The notes beneath the pieces are model-generated. The model was not told where the DNA came from and ran no database searches. It saw nothing but the letters and a program-made list of their open reading frames with translations. Position numbers and translations under genes: made by a program. A DNA stretch of 64,000 nt from Negaprion brevirostris (lineage: Eukaryota), in contig JARDVH010000099.1 in assembly GCA_030324005.1 (NCBI GenBank), positions 25,330,800 through 25,394,799 of the forward strand. The letters run 5' to 3'. Position 1 is the first letter of the stretch; each line of letters begins with the position of its first letter. Of the stretch, positions 46,501 to 54,569 are shown piece by piece.

Positions 46501-49500
46501 ATCAAAGATGAGGATGTGATTGAACAGACTGGTAACTGCAGAAATGTCAAGAATGAGGGCTAACGGTTAGACAATTTGAATTTTGAAAGTAAAATTATAA
46601 ATTCATTGAAAGAGCATTTTTTCCAAGATTGGGAGGAGAAAGGACTGTGGGAGAGCAATGCAAGGAAATGATCAGAGATATATCTATCTATGATTGATGT
46701 TAAATGTTAAAGAAGGAAAAAATATGAAAGTAGCTCATGAAGTAGAGTACTGGAAATCTGGAATTGAAAAAATGCAGGTGTGAAGCAGACTGAAAAGATC
46801 AGGAAGATCTTAGTTACGTCCTGTGTTCCCTGCAGTCAGCAGGGTGCTCAAACAAATGCTTCATGTCGTGAGGCCGGCTATCTTCCATTGTGAACAAATG
46901 TCATGTCCCCAGTACCTCTGTTTCTGAGCCAAAAAGAGTTTACCGTAGTCTAAAATTAGAAAAACATAACCTCATATCAGAGTGTTTCCAGGAGCTCAGG
47001 CAAAAGAAGATATTATTCCTGCAGCTTGCATTGAACTTGATTGCTACTAGTGTAGGTGTTTATCTTCAGGTCTGAGTAAGCAAAGGGTCACATTTGCAGC
47101 CAGAATAAAGGTGTCCAACAAAATGGTCACCAGCTGTGTTTCTCATATGAAGGTGGCAGTATATTTGAGCAAGGAATCCAGTATGGTAGAATGGAAGAAA
47201 TCCCTGTCTTGTGGAAAATTCATTTGGGGACCCTGGACAATGGTATGGAAAGAATGAATATTGTACCTGGAAGCTTGGATGGTGGAAGATGAATGATTGT
47301 ATTTGATGTGATACAAGGAGTATAACCAGTCAATGACATTGCCTTCAGATATCCCAGAATGTGACATGGCAGGTGTTAAAATTCCATGTCATTCTCTCAC
47401 CCGACAGCCATAACCCAATTAATCTCTCATATTCACATTGTTGTTCTTTTTCACAGGCCATGTATTCTCATCATGGACTCTTTACGTGGACCAAGCCGTG
47501 CAAACGTGGTTAAGATCCTGCGAGAGTAAGAGCTATTCTGAAAATCACTCCTACGCTTTTTAAAATTCTAACAGGGATATCCCCACTTGACTTTCTTTAT
47601 TGGTTCTTGGAACAGATACCTTGAAGTAGAATGGGAAGTGAGGAAAGCGAGCAAGAGGGCTTTCACCAAAGATGTGATTAAGGGCTCCAATCCTCGTGTT
47701 CCTCAGCAAGACAACTTTAGCGATTGTGGTGTATACATCCTCCAGTATGTAGAAAGTTTTTTTGAGGTTAGTATCAACTTTTACTCTGGTTGCGAGAAGA
47801 GCAGAAGTCTGTTGCGAAAGAAGGGCGGTTTTAATTTCATGTTGACTAGTCACTTTTGCTTTTGATCCTCCTCTTCTGGAGGTTTTGAATTGCTTAGATA
47901 GATGCATAATGTACCAGTAACCCACCTGGGCATTGAATATTGATAGATTAATCACCAGCAAGCCCAATTTCGTTTTATTCATGTAAGCATACTAACCAGC
48001 AGTAGGTCACCAGATAATTAGTAGTGGAAGACCTGGCTGATTTATATCCCCAGCCACCCACTAGACCAAACCAACTAACTCACTGCTGGCAATATTGTTT
48101 ACACTCCTTAATAACTTTGTTTCTGCTGCATGTAAACTAACTATTGGAGAATTGCAATAGGAGTAAAAAAACCAAAAATCTCAAACCAATACCAAAACAT
48201 TCAGCCAAGCATTTAGGACATTGAGGAATATTGTAGACTGATGGTCTGAAAATAGCTTTTTTAGCTGAGGCAATCAAAGAATTGAAATAGCACCTCTCCT
48301 TTGTTTATTTTCAAAAGGTTTTGACATTCAGTGCAAATGAATTGGGCCTCTTATGACTAATGCCATTTTAGTTCTTCATATTTGAGGTTCCGTTCAGAAA
48401 GGAAATTTGAATTGCGAACCCTTTTCAATAATAATAATAAGTCAATAAGAAATAGGAGCAGGAGCAGGCCATCTAGCCCCTCGAGCCTGCCCCACCATTC
48501 AATAAGTTCGTGGCTGATCTGTCGTGTCTCAGTTCCACATTCCTGCCCTCTCCCCATAACCCTTAATCCCCTCGCCTATCAAAANNNNNNNNNNNNNNNN
48601 NNNNNNNNNNNNNNNNNNNNNNNNNNNNNNNNNNNNNNNNNNNNNNNNNNNNNNNNNNNNNNNNNNNNNNNNNNNNNNNNNNNNACACACACTGTTCAAG
48701 GAAACTATCCCGGCAGCATTCCAAGAACAACTCCTCGAGCCCACCGCGTCCAACATGGGTCAACCAATCAATATGTAGATTGAAATTTGAATCTGGATCG
48801 TGCTGCTGACGTGATCCATATCATCATCAAGATCACCTGCTTCAATCTGCTTAACATCATCTGTCTTGGACCCTGCTGAAGCCCTCAATTGTGCCTTTGT
48901 TACCTCTGGACTGTAGTATCCTGGGGGCTTTCCTGGGTGCCCAGCCTTGGTGTATCATCTTTAAATTTAAACTCAGCCAAAACACTGCTAACCCTATCCA
49001 AATTCGCATCAAATCCTGTTCACCCATCACTGCTGAGGGACGTTGGCTGCCAGCAGTGACGTGATTCTCAATTCCTTTTTTATTCAAATTCCTCCATAGT
49101 TCTCCTCTCCCTATCTAGCCCTGTATCCTTCCACCAGTTGCACAACTCTGAGGTTTCTGTGTTCGCCAATTTTGATTGTTCATGCAAAATTCAGTGCTCT
49201 GCTGTTAACAGCCATGTGTTCAGATGTCTGGCCCCTGAAATGTGGAATTTCTTCCCCTAAACCTTGCCACCATTCTACTTCTCTCTGCTTCTTTAAGAGA
49301 CCCTTTAAAACCTATCTCTTTCACTAAACATTGAGTCATCTGCCCTTGTGTTTTATTATGTGACTGTTAAATGTTGTCTAATAATGCCTCTGAGAGTTGT
49401 GAATGCAAGTTTTTGAGAGGCACAGCTAAAGTTAATAAAGCGTAGCTACAAAGGTGCTGTGGCATACAGATATCTTCAGGACGTTGTCTTTTCCCCACCT

Positions 49501-49713
49501 GCGCGTCTCGCCACTGAGCTAATATTTGCACTATGCTATCCACAGAATCCGATTCCAAGTTTTGAGCTGCCCATGAATTTGATAGACTGGTTTCCTCAGC
49601 AGCAAGTTAAAAAGAAACGAGAAGAAATACGCAATGTAATTCTCAAACTGTGTGAAACACAAAGCAAAGGGAAGAAAGGGCAGGAACACAAAGCAACAGA
49701 GGCACCTTCATGA
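1332..49713 (+). CDS. SENP6: SENP6 (sentrin/SUMO-specific protease 6), 5'-partial spliced gene, 15 coding exons, about 735 codons
   Basis: Spliced translation follows vertebrate SENP6 as recalled ([86 protein letters not shown]). All 14 introns are GT-AG with compatible phases. Confidence 0.97.
2220..2685 (+). mobile_element. CR1 fragments: ORF1 esterase piece plus 3' tail
   Basis: LPGVRLRDI...[17 protein letters not shown], then a CR1-type tail (atcagccatgattgaatg...ctgctcctat). Confidence 0.6.
4640..5080 (+). mobile_element. Decayed CR1 LINE 3' end
   Basis: Resembles the CR1 ORF2 C-terminus (gaaatctggaattctct...ttttaagacc). Confidence 0.55.
5787..5957 (+). CDS. SENP6: SENP6 exon b ([16 protein letters not shown]...[18 protein letters not shown])
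   Basis: ttttacag acceptor; ATT|gtaagt donor; 171 nt, phase 0/0. Confidence 0.95.
6295..6475 (-). mobile_element. DeuSINE/SacSINE1-like fragment
   Basis: caaacagcactatgatgatgaccaga...ttggccagg...tgccat matches the copies at 19.0 and 26.3 kb. Confidence 0.55.
8604..8637 (+). CDS. SENP6: SENP6 exon c, 34-nt microexon ([11 protein letters not shown])
   Basis: tttttcttctttcag acceptor; GAG|gtaagt donor; resembles human FCLDFIKIQLD; needed for phase 0 to 1. Confidence 0.92.
9725..9843 (+). mobile_element. Miniature Penelope-like fold-back remnant
   Basis: ggtaaacacaataagaagtctcaca inverted against tgtgaaacttcttaccatgtttacc, plus the ccagtcc...catctccacatc tail shared with the 11.4 and 27.3 kb copies. 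Confidence 0.7.
10302..10481 (+). CDS. SENP6: SENP6 exon d ([32 protein letters not shown]...SQGT)
   Basis: ttcctttgcag acceptor; A|gtgagt donor; 180 nt, phase 1/1. Confidence 0.95.
11363..11767 (-). mobile_element. Penelope-like (PLE) fold-back insertion with 13-bp TSD
   Basis: Inverted arms 11406-11566 and 11606-11766; direct repeat GCCCTTCAAGAAT at 11350-11362 and 11768-11780; hammerhead motif in each arm. Confidence 0.85.
11462..11497 (-). ncRNA. Minimal type I hammerhead ribozyme motif (PLE-type)
   Basis: Minus strand reads CAC CUGACGA A GAGGG-UGAC-CCCUC GAAA GC UU GUG: both core boxes, a 5-bp stem II, palindromic AGCU stem III and CAC/GUG stem I. Confidence 0.72.
11800..12600 (+). mobile_element. 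Decayed L2-like LINE 3' region
   Basis: Pyrimidine-rich, with tccagactcaac and tttaaaattcttatccttgtgtttaaat; similar pieces at 10580-10940, 38600-38970 and 48690-49420. Confidence 0.5.
12925..13620 (-). mobile_element. Rex1/Babar-type LINE 3' end
   Basis: Peptide [12 protein letters not shown]...IIKDPTHP...[23 protein letters not shown] and an (aatca)n tail; second copy at 61790-62145. Confidence 0.85.
14221..14458 (+). mobile_element. Penelope-like pseudo-LTR
   Basis: Same terminus as the 11.4 and 27.3 kb elements (aaataaa...ttggactttaacctggtg...gacttcttactgtg); contains a hammerhead motif and AATAAA. Confidence 0.8.
14364..14398 (+). ncRNA. Minimal hammerhead ribozyme motif, sense to SENP6
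   Basis: CAC CUGAUGA A GGGGC-AGG-GCUCU GAAA GC UA GUG: intact core, stem II with two G-U pairs, CUA cleavage triplet. Confidence 0.68.
16241..16536 (-). mobile_element. HE1-like V-SINE
   Basis: Same tail, core and head as the other copies. Confidence 0.85.
18142..18359 (+). CDS. SENP6: SENP6 exon e ([11 protein letters not shown]...FHEANNRLL...KDNR)
   Basis: actttacag acceptor; AGG|gtaagc donor; phase 1 to 0. Confidence 0.94.
18985..19352 (-). mobile_element. DeuSINE/SacSINE1-like element
   Basis: aaatagtggcatgggacctttcatgtccacctga...gcctcatctaaatggcagcacc...gtgcagcact resembles the reverse Deu domain as recalled. Confidence 0.65.
19774..20085. repeat. Near-identical local duplicate of 19102-19352
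   Basis: Direct alignment by eye: 17-bp and 4-bp deletions, a few substitutions, internal 100-N gap. Confidence 0.9.
20500..20715 (+). mobile_element. DeuSINE/SacSINE1-like element
   Basis: Reverse-complement similarity to the 19.0 and 26.3 kb copies (ctggccagtat...tcattgttgtttgt...aaattggct). Confidence 0.55.
21074..21143. repeat. (TG)n(TA)n compound microsatellite
   Basis: Directly visible. Confidence 0.95.
21819..21910 (+). CDS. SENP6: SENP6 exon f (VPPKYCLRN...[10 protein letters not shown])
   Basis: atttctag acceptor; AA|gtaagt donor; phase 0 to 2; resembles human HTIFIGPVEK. Confidence 0.9.
22933..23049 (+). CDS. SENP6: SENP6 exon g, start of C48 protease domain ([12 protein letters not shown]...DFYLK)
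   Basis: tgtaccag acceptor; AA|gtaagt donor; 117 nt, phase 2/2. Confidence 0.98.
23904..24520. mobile_element. Nested V-SINEs: + strand host (23904-24055, 24379-24520) interrupted by a - strand copy (24056-24370)
   Basis: Host breaks at ccaaagat and resumes gtgcaggttaggtggatt after a near-full reverse copy. Confidence 0.85.
24893..25165 (-). mobile_element. V-SINE variant with a non-HE1 3' tail
   Basis: Head and core as HE1; tail reads ...aagccttacttgtgactaataaataaac on the minus strand; tail-only copy near 57452-57520. Confidence 0.75.
26280..26590 (-). mobile_element. DeuSINE/SacSINE1-like element
   Basis: aaagaacttgcatttata...gggacgtc...agcaatga...ttggccagg...catccacttga. Confidence 0.6.
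26638..26990 (+). mobile_element. HE1-like V-SINE, near full length
   Basis: A-box-like head gggtggcatggtgatacagtggttagcac; core gagtttgcacattctcccc; tail gcactatagggattcta. Confidence 0.88.
27324..27564 (-). mobile_element. Second PLE fold-back insertion with 13-bp TSD (centre in gap)
   Basis: Inverted termini nearly identical to the 11.4 kb copy; TCCTCCAGAAAAA at 27311-27323 and 27565-27577. Confidence 0.85.
27893..28015 (+). CDS. SENP6: SENP6 exon h ([32 protein letters not shown]...)
   Basis: aactgcag acceptor; TC|gtaagc donor; 123 nt. Confidence 0.97.
30942..31034 (+). CDS. SENP6: SENP6 exon i ([31 protein letters not shown])
   Basis: ccatttag acceptor; AC|gtaagt donor; 93 nt. Confidence 0.97.
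32963..33339 (+). CDS. SENP6: SENP6 exon j with catalytic His ([13 protein letters not shown]) and start of the large loop insertion
   Basis: tcttttctaaag acceptor; His codon at 32967-32969; GAAG|gtaaac donor; phase 2 to 1. Confidence 0.93.
34192..34482 (-). mobile_element. HE1-like V-SINE
   Basis: Same family motifs. Confidence 0.8.
36074..36710 (-). mobile_element. Decayed Ty3/Gypsy integrase fragment
   Basis: Manual minus-strand translation gives [12 protein letters not shown]...[19 protein letters not shown]...[25 protein letters not shown]...[11 protein letters not shown], with several stops. Confidence 0.85.
36915..37280 (+). mobile_element. CR1-group LINE RT C-terminal fragment
   Basis: [18 protein letters not shown]...[17 protein letters not shown]...[18 protein letters not shown]; related minus copies at 32480-32890 and 60440-61760. 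Confidence 0.85.
38121..38203 (+). CDS. SENP6: SENP6 exon k ([28 protein letters not shown])
   Basis: caaaacag acceptor; CAG|gtgaga donor; phase 1 to 0; resembles human DGLSKIRLNYSD...DFSEDQDNQ. Confidence 0.87.
39295..40445 (-). mobile_element. Decayed CR1 LINE 3' region
   Basis: Minus peptide ...[22 protein letters not shown], plus a CR1-type tail near 39300. Confidence 0.7.
40488..40805 (-). mobile_element. HE1-like V-SINE
   Basis: Well-preserved copy of the family. Confidence 0.88.
41298..41377 (+). CDS. SENP6: SENP6 exon l ([27 protein letters not shown])
   Basis: ctgttgttaag acceptor; CA|gtgagt donor; phase 0 to 2. Confidence 0.87.
42932..43175 (-). mobile_element. CR1/HER1-type LINE 3' end
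   Basis: (aacataag)n tail and peptide [28 protein letters not shown]; another tail at 48443-48583. Confidence 0.85.
44010..45775 (-). mobile_element. Decayed L2-like LINE
   Basis: Purine-rich on the + strand; minus strand shows DPIPS-like and PLLKK...P...[11 protein letters not shown]-adjacent motifs. Confidence 0.6.
45876..46390 (+). mobile_element. Two tandem HE1-like V-SINEs (3' part 45876-46032; near-full 46046-46390)
   Basis: Family motifs repeated head to tail. Confidence 0.8.
47457..47525 (+). CDS. SENP6: SENP6 exon m with catalytic Asp ([23 protein letters not shown])
   Basis: tttttcacag acceptor; Asp codon at 47476-47478; GA|gtaaga donor. Confidence 0.97.
47616..47766 (+). CDS. 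SENP6: SENP6 exon n with catalytic Cys (YLEVEWEV...[22 protein letters not shown])
   Basis: Follows a 90-nt intron; Cys codon at 47725-47727; GAG|gttagt donor. Confidence 0.98.
49546..49713 (+). CDS. SENP6: SENP6 terminal coding exon ([17 protein letters not shown]...[10 protein letters not shown]...TEAPS*)
   Basis: atccacag acceptor; TGA at 49711-49713. Confidence 0.96.
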   Translation, partial: NPIPSFELPMNLIDWFPQQQVKKKREEIRNVILKLCETQSKGKKGQEHKATEAPS

Positions 49714-50055
49714 ACAATGCCTGACCAAGACAAACTCTGACAGAAGATAACTCTTTTCGATTACAGAATATTGTTGCACTAACACAGAAATGACTTTGAT
49801 TTGTTCTAGTGTAGGCTTCCACAGAAGAATGAATTCTCAGTGTGCTCTTGATCTTTTAGGACATTGTTTGATGCACACGTCTTCATTTTACAGCCACCCA
49901 AATGAATGTTCTTGTGCTGTTATAAATATAACAAACTGTACATATGTTCATAAACAGATTTTGCAGCATTTGTGATCAATTTTCACTGTTTGAGTTAGTA
50001 AGCATTTTGGTATGTATTTTTGTTAAAGGTAGTTGGATAGCTACTTACAAGTATG

Positions 50056-50110
50056 ATTAAAAGTTATTGTAGTATTAAATGGACTGGGCAAATTTATTTT
50101 TTATTTTTCT
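50056..50110 (+). terminator. Candidate SENP6 polyadenylation region
   Basis: ATTAAA at 50056 and 50074 followed by a T-rich tract; further AATAAA at 50435. The real 3' end cannot be determined from DNA. Confidence 0.35.
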
Positions 50111-52944
50111 TGCTGAGTTTCTTGATACATTTTCTTCCCCTCCTCACGTGAATTAGTTCACTCATTGTTCGAGCTTGGCTCCAAGGTATCCTGNNNNNNN
50201 NNGTGAAAGTAGCCATTAATCATGGCCCTTGACACTGTATGTTGGCAGCCTAACCCACCAGGGGAGTGCCCAATCCTCCTCTTAGCGAAATGTCCATCCA
50301 GGCGTACTTCCAACAAAGGTCACTCAGCAGCAGGAATCCTTCAGCCTAAGAGTGCTGAGGCCTATTTGAGCCTGGCCCGAGGTCAGCTAATTCAAGAGTA
50401 GGGCATCAAACTTTGCTGAACTGCAGGCACAATGAATAAATTTGAGCCAGTTTTTAAATAGGTGCACACTGTTGTATGTCACCAGCCATCTTTGAAAGCA
50501 CTTATTGCACATTGGGTACAATTCAGCTATTGGGAGAAGCCAGTCTGGAAGTTGTCAGATTTGAAGCTCTTGTATAAACAAACCTCACTTAAAAGAGGCA
50601 CCTGTGAGACTGTAACCCAGCCAGTTCCAATGGGACTGGGAGGCAAGAAAATTGATATGTACGGGGAAGGTACAGATTTAAAGCAAGCAAGTGCCTTCAA
50701 AAAATAATAGTCTCCTGGATAACTGGTGTATAGTTACACAATCCCAGAATTTGTTGCTAATCAATTTGCAATCAAATCAGATTGTACTTGGTGTTCTCCT
50801 TAGTACGAGTTAGGTGATGAAGGATTGAATTGAAGTGCCCCATGGAATTGTCATATCCAATCAAACTATCACTGAAACCAATTCTGGATGCCTTCTGCAA
50901 AAGCTGTCCACGTAGTGTTGGTTTTTACTGCTTAGTTGCATTAAAACTGTCTATATTCAAAGGTTTGCTTAATCTAAATCATATTTGGAACTCAACTGAA
51001 TATTTTGAGGAATTTATTTCTCCTCTGCAATAATACCTCAGCATAATTATGCACATCTGTATATTAGTAATTGCCATCATTAAAACGAGAATGTTTGTGC
51101 TGATTTTCTGTAATCCTGGTTTTAGATTGTAATCTGTGTACTAATTTGTGGAGCATGCCTATGGTTTATATTTCATTTTTCTGCTGCTACGACCAGAGAT
51201 GCCTCTGAAATACACTATTTAAACTGCAAAAATGGTACTGAATAAGAAAATGGTTAAGGCATTGAGCTGTTCACACAGTGATAACACAATTCTGTGATGC
51301 TACTTCACATGTTTTGATGTAAGCTATCCTTTCATCTTATTCCCCTCTTTAAAAAAAGAGAGCTTGGAATGGTATTGAGAGAGGATTTTTTTTTTTAAAG
51401 AGTAATCAAATGACTGCTGTATGCATGGTGTATGGCATTAGTGTTCGGTCTCAGCTGGGAGATGCTGGTCTACCAACTTTAGGCCTCATCAGTCATAAGT
51501 GATAGGGAGGGAGAAACAATAAACTGAAGTTGCCCTTAAGTTTAATGGTCCGGTGACAGACCCAATCCAGACTTGCAGTTGAAGACTGATCACGTCACGC
51601 AGCTATTGTAAGGAGCCATCCATGCACGGATATGATTTCCCACCTTTGGCAGAGGGGGGAGGAAATTGGAAGACTCAATACCATGTAGATCAGACACTTC
51701 AGGCAAACTGCAATATGCATTGCTCTATGCTGCAATAGTATTTACATGCTTTCCCTTCAGTAAAATTGGAAAACTGACTACATGGGAGCAAATAATATTT
51801 TTCCTACTGTGTATTAAAATATTTGTTAATAGCCCAATGAGTGGATTCTCTTTATTCCAATGTTTTGACATAACTTAGAGTAAGCTAACATTTCTGTCGA
51901 TTGTTTTTGATATTTTTGACCTTGCGCTGAGTGCTCAATTTCCTCTTCTATGGCACATTTTTGAGACGTGTCATTACCTTTTCTGATGTAAACTGATTGC
52001 TGCCCTATCTTTCCAGTAGATGAAATTGTGCAAATCGGGGATTGAACTGGAAATTGTTCCAGCAGGCATTTCCTTACTAAACCATTCTTCCCATTATCAG
52101 GTTTTAAGGATAGGACACAAGTGATGATAGTGAGACCAAGTATTATTTTGCAGTGACAGTGTGCTTGCAACTTTTCCTTGATTCTGGTAGCATTTGCCCT
52201 CCGAACTAGTTGAGGGGCTTGTGTATACAGAACTGTACCTCTGCGCCCCAGGGGCAATTGAGGTGGCACAGCCATTAACACAGTTACCCAACTGGACCAG
52301 TGTATAGATTGTGTCAGCAGTGCTCCATCTTCCCTCATGTTTTGCCCACTATAGCATTGGAACTTTTCTTTCCGAAAGGAGTTACTGCCCCTTTGGTCTT
52401 CAAAGATTTGGTGGACTTGGAAAGGACTGTAACTGATTGTGTGAGCTGTACGATGTCAGTTGTTATTGACACACTCCAACTGGAGAGTGCCAATATACTG
52501 GTTGAATTTATTTTACATTCTCACCACTAAGCAGGAACAAAATCTTTCAAGTTAGGGCTGAAGATTATTCCAGTTGATCTAAGATTAACTCGTGAGCATG
52601 TTAGTCTCAGGAAAGTTACTGGACAGTACCTATCAAGGTGGTGGTTGGAATAATTTTCATTAAAGCATTATTTGTCAACTAATGAATATTCTCTTTTTGC
52701 AGGTCAGTTCTTGATGCTATGTCATTTTTTTTAGGGCCACCTCTTCCTGCTTGAAAGTCAGTCAATTTCCTGTATTACCTAGAAGATGTTTGAATAAAGA
52801 AAGCTAGGTAATTTACCTTGATATTATCCCTGTTCATCAGCTAGTAGAATCATCCATATGCCCCAAAATTATTTCCCTTATTTCTGTCAGCTCTGGGAGA
52901 AGTGAAAAGGGCAGATAAAATGTTGACTAGATTTGGGAGGGAAA

Positions 52945-53415
52945 GCAAGTGAGAAATTCACTGTAGAGGTGTACTCATTCAGGTTGGTTGCAGAGTTTTT
53001 AAATATTGACCAGTCTACTGACTTGAAGCAGTCCCATAGGTGGTCACCTGATTCTTCAGAACAAAATTGTACAACTTTAACAGATTCTCTCATTTTGCTT
53101 GTACACTGGGAGCAAGAGTACAGCCTTGTGGTCCGTTTTGCCGAAGTGTGGGCTCGTGATGGAGTGGTAGGCCTGTTTGATGTTTGTGTAGCAGCTGTAT
53201 GGAATGTTTGGGCCTCTGGTGGAACAGGAGATGTATTGGTGGTATCTTGGAAGTATGCTCTTGAGCTTGGCCTGATTGAAGTCCCCGACCACAATGAGCA
53301 AGGCCTCAGGATGTTTCGTCTCGAGGCTATTTGTGATGGTGCGTATTTCGTCCAGCATCATCTGTGTGGGATAAGGTGTAAACTGATGTCAGGGTAATAG
53401 AGGTGAACTCCACGG
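52945..53415 (-). mobile_element. Rex1/Babar LINE APE endonuclease fragment
   Basis: HPEALLIVVGDFNQAKLK...CYTNIKQAY...PHFGKTDHKAVLLLP...DCFKSVDWSIF. Confidence 0.88.
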
Positions 53416-54569
53416 ACCTTTTATCCTCTGGTTAGTAACTTATCCAAACCCCTTGCATAGTTGTTACATTAGTATTGTCTTTTTAAACTAGAATGTTTAA
53501 CAGAGCATAGTCTCTTTGCTGAAGCATACCAGATTCACAAGAATGAAATAGCTCATCAGTTGTCTTGAACCACTGTAAATGCTGCATTATAAAGTGGGCG
53601 AGTGAGGGCGTTCCACAGTCCCAGTGGAAATTTCTTGCATAGAACTTGCAGCACAGAAACGACCCAGTTGCCCTAAGGTTTATGATGGTGTTTATGACCC
53701 ACCTGAGCAATCTTCTAACCTGATTCATATAATCCCATTGGTATAACATGTAACATATTCCTTTCTGTCTTGAATTTATCTAACTGCCTCTCAAACCTAC
53801 CTTAGTGAACTAATCTCTGCTGCACTTTGTCATGAGATTACAGCGACTGACCACCAATCAAAGGGGAAAAATTGGACAGGTTGTACCCAGCAAATTGAAT
53901 TTGTGAACTGCCTGATGTGCAGCAAGGGTGATACCAGCAGTGACCTAGAAGCAGGCTGTCTCCCCACTCCTCAGATTCAGAAGATGTATCACTTTTTAAG
54001 AGAAAGAAAAGGGATGAAGAAAGAGAATGTGCTTGCCCAAGTAGGTGGGAAGATTATTACGAATTGCACAATATTCACATGTTCTTATCTACAAGCAGCT
54101 GGGTTTTAATGTTGAGCTTAAAACAGAAAATGCTGGAAATGTTCAGATCAGGCAGTGCTTGTGGGGAGAGGTAACGGATTTCCGACATTCACAGTAATAC
54201 ATTATGTTCTAATGTAGGTTGAGTTAAGCCCTCATTTATTTTTTCGAGATTCTCACCTAGAGATGCAAGGTTTTAAATTACCTGAATCTTAATGAGCTTC
54301 ATGTAAATATGAATACTCAGGGATGTACGAAATTTCTTACAAACTCATTGCATTGCAGTAGCTTCACTTATAAGATTCTTAAAATTATGATCTCAAGCTT
54401 TATTTCAAGCTTTAAGTTATGTTTGCACTATTTCACCCCTTGTTTCCGTTTTAGCCTGATTAATTATATTGCTTACAAATAAAGCAGCATTGTTAAAACG
54501 GAAAATACTCTGGGTGCTGGAAATTTGAAATAAAACAAAATACCTGACAGGTCTGACAGCATCTCTTAG

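Noticed and set aside
49711-49740. Possible stop readthrough adding TMPDQDKL
   Set aside because: Context TGA-ACA is not a readthrough motif and DKL is not a canonical PTS1.
51826-52530. 170-aa minus ORF and overlapping ORFs in the 3' flank
   Set aside because: No recognisable domain or supported splice structure; no neighbouring gene exon identified after SENP6.
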